A program made the translations under genes and the position numbers. A stretch of 64,000 nucleotides of DNA from Paramoeba atlantica (lineage: Eukaryota; Protista; Discosea): assembly GCA_977017575.1 (NCBI GenBank), contig CDRNVI010000179.1, positions 1 through 64,000 of the forward strand, given 5' to 3'. The notes below the pieces were generated by a model, which saw only the letters and a program-made list of their open reading frames with translations, made no database searches and was not told where the DNA came from. Shown piece by piece: positions 1 to 12,483 of this stretch. The number at the start of each line of letters is the position of its first letter. Position 1 is the first letter of the stretch.

Positions 1-423
1 AAGAGAGAGGGGAGAGAGAGGGGAGAGAGATGGGGAGAGAAAGAGAGAGGAGAGAGGGGAGAGAGATTGAGAAGGAAAGAAAAAGAAAAGAAAAGAAAAA
101 GAGAGAAAACTTGAAAGCTAATTTGTACATCCTGAAAAAAAAAGAAAACAGAAAAGAAAAGAGAAAAGAGAAAAGAGAGAAAAAGAGAGAAAACAGAAAG
201 GGGAGAAGGAAGATTTTTTTAAAAATGATGGGAGATGACAGTTTTTCTCAATTTAGATATCTGAAAATGTTTTCTTTGTCTTTTTTCACCCTCAATAATT
301 CCTCCCTTCTTTGTTTTTTGCAAAAGGGGAAAGGGGAAAGAAAAATCCAAGGGGGAAAGAGAGAAAGAGAGAAAGTGTCCCTCACCCCCTCCATACTTTT
401 GTAATTTCTGTCAATCCTTCAAC

Positions 424-1139
424 ATGGGGGACTCTTGCTCAAAAGAAGAAATTCAAGATGATACTCGGGAAGAGGAAAAAAATCGAAAAATAGTCATTTT
501 TGGAGAGCGAAAGACTGGAAAAACAGGTCTTATCGAACGATTCGTCTCCGGTTCCTTCCCTCCCAATTATAGGACAATGATTGGGGTTTCCTTGGCACTG
601 AAAGTCCTGACAGTAGAAGAGACCACCAAGGTGCATTTGCAACTGGTTGGTACTTTTTCCGCTCTTCTTTTCTCTCTTTTCCAAAAAATTGACCTTTTGA
701 GAAAGTGGGATCTTGCTGGTCGTTGCACAGAAAGTGAAAGTCGTGCCTTTTACTCCAAACGCGCTTCTGCTGTCATTTATCTCTACTCAATTGATTCAAG
801 GAAATCATTTGACTCGATTGTTGCCTGGTGTAACTCTCTCTCTTTAGATGATGAAGTCCAAAAAGTTATAGTTGGAAGTAAGTCTGATCTTGAAGAAGAA
901 CGAGTCGTCTCCGAAGATGAAGGAAGGGTTTTTATCTTTTTGTTCATTGTTTTGACTTTTTCTTTCCTTCTATTTTCTCAAAAAGTTTCCTTTTTCCCAA
1001 GGGTCTTGCAAATCAATTGGGAATGATGTTCATGGAGGTTTCAGGAAAAACAGGTCATAATGTTGATGATTTATTCTTTGAATTGGCGAGTACTCTTGTT
1101 CAAAGAAAGAATCCCTATATCAAAAAGGCTCGTTGTTGA
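424..1139 (+). CDS. Atypical Rab-family (Rab32/38-like) small GTPase, copy 1; exons 424-645, 706-927, 1002-1139 (193 aa)
   Basis: GT-AG splicing gives P-loop GERKTGKT, LKVL..VHLQLWDLAG, GSKSD, EVSGKTG. N-terminus is MGDSCSK; C-terminus is KKARC*. Confidence 0.85.
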
Positions 1140-1581
1140 ACAATATTTATCAGATGACAAAAAACCAAATCAATTCCTTTTCTTGTTGATTCCAGGAACT
1201 GTTTGGGGTGGCAAGTTGGGGATTCGAAAAGATCAGAAAATCCAATTTGATTACCTCTTCTTGGAAAAGTAATACCCCACGTTTGGATAGGCCTTCAAGT
1301 TAACTTTTTTTTGATTTTTTAAAAATGAGAAAAAAGAGAATTTTGAGGAAAAAAAAAACAAAAGACCACCTCCAAATAAACTCAGATATCATCTCAATTG
1401 AAGAAACCACAACCTCCACAAATAATTGAGGAAAAAATTAGATATCCGAAAATGTTCTCTTTGTCTTTTTTCACCCTCCATAATTCCTCCATTCTTTTGT
1501 TTTTTGCAAAGTCGAAAGAGAAAGAAAGAAAGTGTCCCTCACCCCCCTCCATACTTTTGTAATTTCTGTCAATCCTTCAAC

Positions 1582-2335
1582 ATGGGGGACTTTTTCTCAA
1601 AAGAAGATTTTCAAGTGAAAAATTCTGATGAGGATCATGAAGAGGAAACAATTCGAAAAATACTCATTTGTGGAGAGCCAAAGACTGGAAAAACAGGTCT
1701 TATCAGACGATCCGTCTACAGTTCCTTCCCTCCCAATTATAAGCCAACCATTGGGGTTGACTTTGCACTGAAAGTCCTGACAGTAGAAGAGACCAAGGTG
1801 CATTTGCAACTGGTTGGTATTTTTGCCATTCTTTTTCCGCTCTTCTTTTCTTTCTGAGCTTCCCTTTTCTCTCTTTTCCAAATAATTGACCTTTTGAGAA
1901 AGTGGGATCTTGCTGGAGACAGCACAGAAAGTAAAAGTTGTGCCCTTTACTCCAAACACACTTCTGCTGTCATTTATCTCTACTCAATTGATTCAAGGAA
2001 ATCATTTGACTCTCTTGTTGACTGGAGGAGCGCTTTCTCTTTCGATGATGAAGTCCAAAAATTTTTAGTTGGGAGTAAGTCTGATCTTGAAGAAGAACGA
2101 GTCGTCTCTGAAGATGAAGGAAGGGTTTTTATCTCTTGTTCACTGTTTTGACCTTTTCTTTCCTTTTATTTTCTCAAAAAGTTTCCTTTTTCCCAAGGGT
2201 CTTGCAAATCAATTGGGAATGATGTTCATGGAGGTTTCAGGAAAAACAGGTCATAATGTTGATGATTTATTCTTTGAATTGGCGAGTACTCTTGTCCCAA
2301 GAAAGAATCCCTATATCAAAAAGGCTCGTTGTTGA
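1582..2335 (+). CDS. Atypical Rab-family (Rab32/38-like) small GTPase, copy 2; exons 1582-1812, 1903-2124, 2198-2335
   Basis: GEPKTGKT, YKPTIGVDFALKVL (Rab32/38-like switch I), WDLAGD, GSKSD, EVSGKTG. Intron positions are the same as in copy 1. Confidence 0.87.
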
Positions 2336-2912
2336 ACAATATTTATGTTGATTCCAGTTTGAGGTGGCAAGTTGGGGATTCGAAAAGATCAGAAATTTCA
2401 ATTTGATTAATGATTACCTCTTCTTTGGAATACTCCACGGTTTGGATATCCCTTCAAGTTAACTTTTTTGATTTTTTAAAAATGAGAAAAAAGAGATTCT
2501 TGAGTAAAAACTTCCTCTGAACAAACTCATCTCCTCTCCATTGAAGAAACCAAATCCTCACAAATAATTGGAAAAAATTTTCAGAGTTGAATTCTCTCGG
2601 CACTTCTCCTGGAAAAAGGAAAACGAAGAGAGAAAACTCATGGAAAAATTCAAATTTTCAAAAAAAAGGCTGAAAAAGCTGAAAAGGATCAGAAAATTTT
2701 CAAAAAAATGTCGAGGAAGAGAAACGAAATTTTGCGTCTGTTCCTCACCCACACGCACAGTTCCCAACGAAATTTCAAAAAATATTAGTCCATACCCTCT
2801 CAATAATTTAAATGTAATTAGTCCCGACCTAAAAATGAGAGAGTAATTTTTCGTCTTTCCGCGTTTTCCCATTTTGTTTCCCAAAAAACTCGAGAAATTT
2901 GAAATTCTGCGG

Positions 2913-4949
2913 ATGAGTAAGAGTACGATGAACATGCCCTTTCACAGTGGCGAGGTGGAAATTCAGAAGAAGTTGGGTGTACATGAGTATGTCATGTCCT
3001 ATGCGCCCAGAGTGATCCGAGATTTCATGCCCGATCAGCACCGGAACTTCTACAACCAATTGCCTCTGATTTACACCGGTTGGGTCGACGAGAAAGGAAG
3101 GCCATGGGCCTCGGTTTTGTTTGGAAATCCTGGCTTCGTTTCCTCCCCCCATCCTAAGACACTCAGCATCATGGCCCGCCCTCCTGTTGGTGACCCTTTG
3201 GAGCAACATTTAACCATCGGCAGAGCGCTGGGATTTTTGGGTTTGGAACATCACAGCCGACGGAGAAACCGACTGACCGGAAAGGTGAGCAGCTCACAAG
3301 AAAATGGGTTTGACATTACGGTCGACCAATCTTTTGGCAACTGTCCTCAATACATCCAACCCAGAACCTTTGAAATATTGTCCGATCACAAACCAGGTCC
3401 TGCTCGTCCGGTCAAAGACTTGTTGGGGGACGAACAAGCAAGAGAGATCATCCACAAGGCCAGAAGCTTTTTTATTGCATCTTATTACATGGAAAACCCC
3501 AAGGACCGACGCCACGGCGCAGATATGTCTCACCGCGGCGGGAAACCAGGTTTTGTGAAAATTGAAGAAGACGGTTCTTTCATTTTCCCTGACTTCAGTG
3601 GCAACAACCACTACAACACTCTGGGAAACTTGAACAAGAATCCTGTTGCGGGTTTGCTTTTCCAGGATTTTGAGACAGGGCATTTGTTGCAATTGACCTG
3701 TTCCGTGGAGATTCTGTGGGACGATGAGCGCATTCAAGATTTTCAAGGTGCCTTGCGTTTTGTTCGTTTCCAATTAGACGAAGGAGTTCTCATTGAAAAT
3801 GGCATGCCCATGCGTTGGAACCTCTTCAATGAGGCGATTGGTGTGCCCCAATCTGGATCATGGGAAGAGGTGACGATCCGACAGAGATCACGAGAGGTCT
3901 TGGCCACTCGGTGGCGCACTTTGCGAGTGGCGAGAGTAAAGACGGAGAGCAACAATATTAACTCCTACCATTTAGAACCTGTTGATCAAAAACCGCTCCA
4001 ACCCTTTGAGGCTGGTCAGTTCCTGCCTATTCGAGTTTTGTCCCCCTCAGACGGGAAACCCATCTACCGTTCCTACTCGCTTTCAGGAAAACCAGGAGAG
4101 CCTTTTTACAGGTTGAGTATTAAACGTGAAGAAGGTGGACCCAACCGACCTCCTGGCTTAGTTTCTAACTTGTTTCATGAGTCTATGAAACCAGGATCTC
4201 TCCTCGAAGCCCTAAAGCCTCAGGGTGAATTTGTGATAGATCAAAGCGCAAAGAGACCCCTGGTTCTGTTAAGTGCTGGAGTTGGCATCACACCAATGGT
4301 TAGCATGATCCAAGACATGCCTGCCTTGCATCACGAGCGGAAGATCTGGTTTCTCCATGGAACCCAAAACAGCAAGACCCATGCTTTTCGAGAAGATATT
4401 CAGGCATTAAAAAGCCCCGGTCGTTTGACTGTTCACACCCGCTACTCCCAGCCCCTGCCAGAAGATGTGAGACATAAGGATTATCAAGACGTGGGTCGGT
4501 TGGATATAAACCTCCTCAAAAGCCTGTTGCCCTTCGACGATTATGATTTCTATCTATGTGGACCGGAAGGTTTTATGAAAGGAATGTATGCGAGTTTGCG
4601 AGGGATGAACATCGCAGCAGACCGCATTCACCACGAATTTTTTGGGAAGGGTAGTATCCACGAAGAGGCAGAAGCCGAGAAGCAGAGTCCAATCAAGGTT
4701 CAATTCAAGACCTCCCAAAAGGAAGCCACCTGGAAACCTGGCAAGGGAAATTTGTTGGACCTGGCCGAGAAAGTGGGATTGGAGCCTCCTACTGGATGCA
4801 GATCAGGGGCTTGTCTTACCTGTGTTACGAAAATTCTCTCTGGTGGTGTAACTCATAGTGGTGTTGCTAAACACAATGCACCTAAGAATTCTGCCCTCAT
4901 TTGTTCAGCCACTCCCAATTCAAAAGAACCTCTTGTCTTGGATCTGTAG
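2913..4949 (+). CDS. Intronless multidomain oxidoreductase: pyridoxamine-5'-phosphate oxidase-like split barrel(s) + FAD-binding FR-type/NAD-binding + C-terminal 2Fe-2S ferredoxin
   Basis: PFHSGE, FMPDQHRNF, GNCPQYI, DMSHRGGKPGFV, PDFSGNNHYNTLGN, RSYSLS, LLSAGVGITPM, LCGPEGFM, CRSGACLTC...C. The track ORF starts at 2874; the first ATG is at 2913. Confidence 0.92.
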   Translation: MSKSTMNMPFHSGEVEIQKKLGVHEYVMSYAPRVIRDFMPDQHRNFYNQLPLIYTGWVDEKGRPWASVLFGNPGFVSSPHPKTLSIMARPPVGDPLEQHLTIGRALGFLGLEHHSRRRNRLTGKVSSSQENGFDITVDQSFGNCPQYIQPRTFEILSDHKPGPARPVKDLLGDEQAREIIHKARSFFIASYYMENPKDRRHGADMSHRGGKPGFVKIEEDGSFIFPDFSGNNHYNTLGNLNKNPVAGLLFQDFETGHLLQLTCSVEILWDDERIQDFQGALRFVRFQLDEGVLIENGMPMRWNLFNEAIGVPQSGSWEEVTIRQRSREVLATRWRTLRVARVKTESNNINSYHLEPVDQKPLQPFEAGQFLPIRVLSPSDGKPIYRSYSLSGKPGEPFYRLSIKREEGGPNRPPGLVSNLFHESMKPGSLLEALKPQGEFVIDQSAKRPLVLLSAGVGITPMVSMIQDMPALHHERKIWFLHGTQNSKTHAFREDIQALKSPGRLTVHTRYSQPLPEDVRHKDYQDVGRLDINLLKSLLPFDDYDFYLCGPEGFMKGMYASLRGMNIAADRIHHEFFGKGSIHEEAEAEKQSPIKVQFKTSQKEATWKPGKGNLLDLAEKVGLEPPTGCRSGACLTCVTKILSGGVTHSGVAKHNAPKNSALICSATPNSKEPLVLDL

Positions 4950-5126
4950 GGATCGGTTGGGGAAGAGGAGACGAAAATAGAAAGAAGAGAGAGAAGAGAG
5001 ACGGGAAAAAAAAAAAGAATTTTTATTTCTCTGACTCTCTCTTTTCTCAGCTAACCACTTCATTTCCCTCTCAACCTTTTCTCCCCACTCCTTTCTCTCT
5101 CTCTCTCCCTTCTGAACTCATCGAAC

Positions 5127-8100
5127 TCATGGTCTGTGAGAAGAAACCCAAGCCAGAAGCTGCTTCTTATGACGCTGATCCATTTGAATATGATCTAAAT
5201 CAGACTCAAGCAACCAACGCAAATCATCAACACAAGAAACACCGACAGAAGGAGAAGCAAGTCTTGTTTGGTATTCATCTGCAATCTCTTCTGAGACCTT
5301 TAGTTCTGTAATGAGCCATTTTGTTACATCCTGTCAAAATGAGTGAGAGGAAAGAAATGTGAAATAAATTAAAGAAAAAGTAAAAAAAGAATGAAATTTT
5401 CATTAATTATTTTGTAACTCCCAGAACAATAAAATCACTCAAAATAATAATAATAAAAAAAAGGAATACCAACAATCTAAATCAAAAAGAAATCAAAAAG
5501 AAAAAAACCTTTCTAACTCGCCTAGAAGACACAGGTCCAAAATTACCAGGTCCAAATGGGATAGCCAATGGCATCGCACCACTGACAGGAATTGGTGCTG
5601 CTAAACCTGATGAATGAAAGATAACTGTTAACATTTACATTCACAAATCGAAATTATGAATTGATCAAATGGAAATTTTGATTCATTTTTTTGATTCTGG
5701 AAACAAGATATCGAAATAAAAAGGAAACTATTCTCCTTAAACACCCCCAAACCAAAAAAAAAAAAAAAATTTCAATAAAATATGAACTAAAAAAAAAATA
5801 ATAATAAAAAACCTTGTTGCAGCTTACGTTCAGCAAGTGTAGTAAGAGTACCATCACCAAGTTGTTCTTTCAATTCATCAGAGACAAAATGATCCCAAGC
5901 ATACTGCATCCCCCAAATGGCAAGGGGTCTCATGTATCCAATAGCACGGTAATTACCTTGTTATTTTGTTTTGAGAAAGTTTTTTTAAAAGAGAGAGAAA
6001 GAGAGAGAGAGGAGAAAGAGAAAAGGAAATATTAAGAGAGAGTTAAGAAAGAAAACAATCTTAAAAAAATAATGAATAAAAAAAGATAGATACAATTGAC
6101 ATCCCAAGCCTCAGGAGTTTGATACATATAACCAACAGTATTATATGTAACATTCACAATCCCATATGCTGTCTCGAACCCTTCCTATTGATAATAAAAA
6201 AAAAAGTAAATCTTCTAAAAAGAAAAGAAAAAGAAAGAAAATTGAAATAAAATATCGAAATAAAAAAAAATTAAAAAAAATTACCAAAACAAGTCCTTCT
6301 TGTAACATAGTAGAAGCAGCACCATAAGCAGTACCTGTCCAAACTTCCACACTCTGCATACAAGTCTCATCGATTTTCCCATTTGGTCTAGCAAGAAAGA
6401 GAGAAAGGGAGAGAGAAAGAGAGGAGAGAGACAGGGGAGAGAAAGAATTTGTGAGAAATGGAATTTATAATGAACCTAAAAAAAAGAGAAAAAAAAAGAA
6501 AAAAAAAAAAGAAAAAAAGAAAAAGAAAAAGAAAAGAAAACCTCATGCCATTAATAGGACCAAACTTACCATCATTAAATTTCTTCAAATTATAATTATA
6601 AATCATAGAAAGAGAGCTCTCAAAACAATCACCATCACAAATTTGTGGTAAATTCAGTGCTCGTGCCCACCTTGATTTTAGAGTTTTTTTTATTTTTTAG
6701 TGAAATTTTAGTGATTTTTTTTGGGGGGGTGGTGGTTTTTTTTTTGAATCGTTTGTTTTGTTTGTTTGTTTGTTTTGTTGATTCTTTATATTTTGAATAT
6801 TTTCTCTCTCTCTCTAAGATACCTTTCTTGTCTTTTCTTGTCTCTTTTCTTCTTCTCTTTTCCTCTTCTTCTCTAATTAAATCAGAAATAAAAAGAAACC
6901 ATTGTCCACAACACATATCGGTTTGAATTGAATCATGTTGTGGATTTGCACTTGTATCATAATTGAAATATTTTCCATTCCACAATTTTGCTTTGTATGC
7001 CTGATGAATTGAATAAAATTAAATCATTTTTATTTTCTCAAAAGGAAAAAAGAAAGAGAAAAGAAAACCTTCTTGGCTTTTAGATACATTTCATGATATT
7101 GAGCGGCTTTTCTTTCCAAATCCATTTCATGGCACATCGCAGAAGCTGCAGAGAGCGCACACAACCACAACCCACCACTGTAAGCAGATGCACCTAAAAG
7201 AAAGGAAGGAGAAAAGGAAGAGAGAAAAGAAAGAGAAAAGGAAAAAGAAAAAGGAAGAAAAGTTAAAACTAAAAACGACAACAAAACTCAAAACTCAAAA
7301 ATAGAGAAATAAATATAAAAAAATAAAAAATGAGTACCAAGAGCAGACCAAGTATCATAAGTCTGATCAGGAAAGCCTTCATTTTCAATCAAACCATCTC
7401 CATCTTTATCAAATCGAATCAAATATCTGTTTTTCAAAATATTATTTTTTTAAAATCCAAAAATGAGGGGAAAAAAAAGAATCTTATTATTTATTTTATT
7501 ATCTCATTTTTATCTTACTCTTAAGAATATTTTTATGTTAATAAATAAAATTTATTGATTCATTTTTGGAAATATTTTATGCGTACTGAAAGATTTAATA
7601 ATTTTAATGAATAAATAAAAGAAAAAATACATACTTAAGAGCTTCTTCAACAGCGTGCCAACAAGAAAACAGAAATTGTCGATTCTTTGTCACCAAATAA
7701 TCTCTGTACACCTATTCATTTTCAGTTTTAAAAAAAGAAATAAAAGAGAAAGAAGAGGAAAGCAAAAAAAACACAAAAAAATAACAAAAAAAATAGCAAA
7801 AAAAAAAACCTGAAGTGCAAATTTACAATTCAAATCCTTCCAACAATTAATCTCCTGAATATTATAAGAATTAACTTTGTACCAAGGATCATCTCCAGGA
7901 TTTCCCAAATCGTGTGGTACTGCATATTGTACTTTTCTTCTTGCTTTCTTTCCGCTGTTGTGTTTATTTTTTTTTAAAAAAAAAAGAAAAAGATGAGCGA
8001 GTTTTTCTTTAAAAAAGTGAAATAAAAAATAAAGTAAAATAAAAAATAAAAAAATAAAGTAAAATAAAAAAATAAAAATATAAAAAAAAATAAAAAACAA

Positions 8101-11100
8101 AAACAAAAACAAAAAAAACCTATGCAAAGTCTTCCAAATAATATCATAATCATCATTCAAAGTAGAATGAGCGAAATCTCGCTGAATTGTCAAATCCAAC
8201 AAAGGCCACAATTGCACCAAAGCCCAAGAAGCATAAAAATGAACATCATATGTATTTACCATTAAATATTCCATACTTTCAAGATATCCAAATTTTCCGA
8301 GATGTTCCTATGATGGATGAGAGAGAGAGAGAGAGAGGGTAAGAGAGGATTGTGGGGAGAGAGAGGAGAGAAAGAGAAAGAGAAAGAGAGAAAAGTTACA
8401 TATGCATCTTCATTGGTTTCTTTGGAATCTTCTTCTTGAATTTCAGAATAACGTTCAAGATCAACTTGAGGATTCTTTTTCCCTGTTTTTTCATACATAA
8501 ATAAAATATGCCAGGCAAGAATCTTTCTTCAAAAAATCTTTTTTAAAGAAAAAAAGAGAGAAAGAGAAAAGAAAAAAAAAAGAAAAAAAAAAAGAAAAAA
8601 AAAAAAGAAAAACCTTTACACAAAGCCTCATTCATCTGCTTCGAAAAATTCAAACTCAAAGGGTCATTTGAATAACAAAGCTCCGGATTCACACTCAAAT
8701 CAGGAGATTCAGCAACACTCACAGTCATTCTCTGGGCATCCTTTCTCTTTCTTGAAGAAGCCGAAACTTCCTTCAACCCTCTCTCTTCTTTTCCTCCTCC
8801 TTTCTTCCCTTTTCCTTTCTTCTCTCCTTCTTTCTTCTCTCCTTCTTTCTTTTCTTCTTCTCTCTCTTCTCTTGCAGGAGATAAAACGTCCTCGACAACT
8901 CCTTCTTCTCCGTCTGTCCAAACTGAACCACCTTCTGCGAGATAGTATAATTCATTGAAGAGAGCTTGTTTGTACCAATTTGGGAGACGATTGTCCTGAA
9001 AAGGAAGAAGAGAAAGAGAGAACAGAGAGAGAAGGGAAGAAGGGAATCAAAAAAAAAGAAAAAGAAAAAGAAAAAGAAAAAAGAAAAGACAAAAAAAAAC
9101 CTTTAAAATAGTATTTTGCCAATCCTCAATTTGTTTTTCCCAATCCTCATCATTTTCAAGAGCATCAGAAACAATATTTTCAACACTATTTCCATCTTTT
9201 CCAAAAAATTTTGTATATCTTCGGTAATAACCTCTTCCTGAATTAAACCTAAGAACCAAAAAAATTAGTTCAAAAAAATCGATCCTTTCCTTCCCAATAA
9301 ACATAATTTTTTTTTCAAAATTGATAAAAAATCACTCCCCAAAAAAGAAAAGATTACCTGACAATTGGAAAGTCCCATCCAAGAGCAAAAGTAACAGTAC
9401 GCTTGCTATCAGCTGGCACTGGTACTCTCACCTATCATCATAAGTGGGTAAGTAAGAGAATGAGAGAACAGAAAGAGAGAAAAAGAGAGAAACAAAGAAA
9501 AAACGAAAAGGTTTTTGAACAAAAGGAAAGAAAACCACCAAATATCTCACCAACAACGACCAACAACCAACAACCAACCAACAACCAACAACCAACAACC
9601 AACACAACCAATACAACTAACACAACCAACCAACAGAATAAACAAAAGAAAACAAAACAAAAAACAAAGCAAAACAAACCATCAAAGCAGCAGCAATTTC
9701 CTGCCCCTTCTCCGAACGAGCATCAGAGGGAGGAGAAGGTGTCAATTTCTTTGATTTCTCAAATTCATTCCAAATCGTCTTCAACGATCTCTTATCATTT
9801 GGCGAAAAAGTGCTAACATGACTCACCTATTCCAATAAGATGAATTAAATTAATAAGATTCATTCAATAAATAAGAATCAGTAAAAAAAAAAAAACAGCA
9901 TGTCAGATAAATCCACACTCTTATCATTTTTTATTTGACCAAAAGAAAGAAAGAAAGAAAAAAGAAAAAAAAAAGAAACCTCAATATCGTCAGATTCGGA
10001 CAAAACAGCAATCGCAAATTCAAGAGGATCAGGTTTATCTCCAACACGAATTGCACGCTTAACTTCCTGTTCTTCTTCATCTTCCTCTTCTTTTTTTGAG
10101 TCTTTCATCATACGAAGAGCAAGTCCCCGATTTCCTTCAGTTTTTGCAACTTCTCGTAAGATTCGAAGATTTCTGAAATCATATTTTTATTTAGAAAGAA
10201 TTTTAGGGAAAGAAAAGAGAAAAGAAAAAAAGTGAATAAGTGAAGAGGAAAAGAGGAAAAGAGAGGGGGAAAAAAAGAAAAGAAAAAAAAAATTCAAACA
10301 AAAAAAAAGAAATGACCTTTCATTTGGAAGAACATGATGTTTGAGAGCAACACCAGTAATTGTACCTCCCTCAATATTTCGTTCAAAAACTTGGTTTGAA
10401 TGGCCACCACCGGAATCGTTCAAATCACCTTTTTTTTTAATTTAATTTTTTCTTTATTCTTTATTCTTTATTTATTCTTTATTTATTCTTTATTTATTTT
10501 TTTCTCAATGAAATTCAAACAAATAGAATTGAATGAAACAAACTTTAAAAAAGAAAAAAAAAAAACCTGTTCCATTAAGAAAAGTGAACATAATATTGAC
10601 ATACTTGGTAGAACTAGAATTATTGTCCATAATCCACTTAAAAGTTCCAACAGGATAACTACTTTCCTTATAGTTGTGTGGAATAACCTGTTTTATTGAA
10701 TTGTTTTAGAGAGCAAGAATATTATTAAAAGAGGGGAAGGAAGGGGAAGGAAGAAAGAGAGGGAAAAGGGAGAAAGAAGAGGGAAGGAAGAAAAAGAGAA
10801 GGGAGAAGGAAGAAAGAAGGAAGAAAGAGAGAAAGGAGAAAGAAGAATGAGAGAGAAAAGGGAGAAGAGAAAGAGGGAAAAAGGAAAGAAGATAGAGATA
10901 CCGGAGACATTTGTCGACAAACAATTTTCATTTCAGGAAATTCACCATCATAAGTTGTCCAAGCTCTTGGATAAAGACCTAGAAATTGTTTTTTTGTTAA
11001 CAATTGTTTAATAAACAATAAGTTTAATACAATAAGTTTATTAAAAGAAAAGAAAAGAAAAGAGAAAAGAAAGAAAAAACAAGAAAATAAAAAATGATTT

Positions 11101-12167
11101 TAGAGAAAGAGAGAGAGAACCTTGGTAATAAGACTGGGAACTTTTCAAATCATAATTCCATGTTCTTTTGAGAGCTTTATTATTATCTGGTTTTCCATAA
11201 GTCATGACTGTCCCAACTCCATCTGAGCCATCTTCTTTGGAAGACATACTCACCTAAAAAAAAAAGAATAAATAAATAATACTAATAAATAAATAAATAA
11301 ATAATAAATAATAAATAAATAATAATAAATAAATAATAAAAAAACAAAAAAAAAACAAAAAATCCAAAAAAAATCCAAAAAAAAATCCAAAAAAAAAAAA
11401 ATCCAAAAAAAAAAAAAAATCCAAACCGAAAAAGCATTAACATCAACAACATTATAATTAGGAAAGCCCTGAAACAAATAATTCCTACCCCAATCACCCC
11501 TCCAACCCTTACCAATTGTACCAGAACCAAAACCACCAACCGGTACCCCCATTCTTGGTCCTGCTGCTGATTTTTTGAATGGGTTCATGATTGGGATTCT
11601 CCCGTTTTTTGTCTCTTTTTGTATGTATTTCCACATTCTGTTTTTTTTTTTTTGTTTTTTTTGGTTTTTGTTTTTTTGTTTTTTGTTTTTTTGTTTTTTT
11701 GTTTTGTTTTTTTGTTTTGTTTTTGTTTTTTTGTTTTTGTTTTTTTGTTTTTGTTTTGTTTTTTGTTTTGTTGGTTTTTTTTTTTTTAAAAAAAAATTAG
11801 AATAATCAGCAATCAGAAAAAAAAAGAATGAAGAAAAACCTGTATCCCAAAGAAGCCAAACGTAATCCTTCAGCAGTCGAGACTTGAAATTCCTAAAAAT
11901 TACAAAACTCATTCGAATAGATTTTTCTTCCCTCACCAACAAAAGAGAGAGAGAGGAAAAGAGAAAAAGAGAAAAAAAAAAAAAAGAAAAAAAAACTTGA
12001 TGAGGAGGGAAACCATTCTCTAAATGGCGAGTCCAAGTAAGAGAGGGAGGAGGAGGATCTCCCAAATCATGTTTCTTTTTCCATTCTTCAAAATCATCTG
12101 TTTTGGGAGAAAGAAAATCGAATGTGTCTAAATTGCTCCCTTTTGTTCCTCCTGAAAATGGAAACAT
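5127..12167 (-). CDS. GBA2: Non-lysosomal glucosylceramidase (GH116) with C-terminal SAM-like extension; multi-exon
   Basis: [19 protein letters not shown]; [23 protein letters not shown]; nucleophile motif [21 protein letters not shown]; HDLGNP; [17 protein letters not shown]; QTPEAW; [11 protein letters not shown]. Last exon is 5330-5127. Confidence 0.93.
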
Positions 12168-12483
12168 GGTTTTTTCTTTTTTCTTTTTTCTTTTTTCTCT
12201 TTCTCTTTTTCTCTTTTTTTTGTTTTGTGGAGGTTTTTTGTTCTTTTGTTGTTCTGTTTTGTGTGAAAAGGAAAAAGAGAAACAAAAAAAATTGGACCAA
12301 GAGAACAAAAAAAATAAACGTTGAGGATCGGTAAAGTACTTTTTTATAAAATTTTAATAAAATAATTTTAACGTAATTTTCATAATAAAAAAACTCGGAT
12401 AATTTACAAAAATACCCCTGATCTGATCCTCTCTCTTTCCTGTTTTCTTTTTCAAAAAAACAGAACAAACATCAAAAATTCGA

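Larger units (their letters stand above)
255..2580. repeat. Tandem segmental duplication, about 1.16-1.19 kb unit x2, carrying the Rab genes
   Basis: Upstream, intronic and downstream sequences align between about 255-1440 and about 1440-2580 (e.g. cttcaagttaacttttt, gaaatgttctct/ttctttgtcttttttcaccctc). Confidence 0.9.

Noticed and set aside
2568-2846. 92-aa Lys-rich ORF upstream of the oxidoreductase
   Set aside because: A-rich intergenic sequence with no domain and a non-ATG start.
5854-5856. Apparent early stop for GBA2 just after YMRPLAIW
   Set aside because: This TGA is out of frame; the GBA2 frame continues ([12 protein letters not shown]...) to a splice donor.
11250-12308. 352-aa ORF taken as a single CDS
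   Set aside because: Read-through of three GBA2 exons and T-rich introns.
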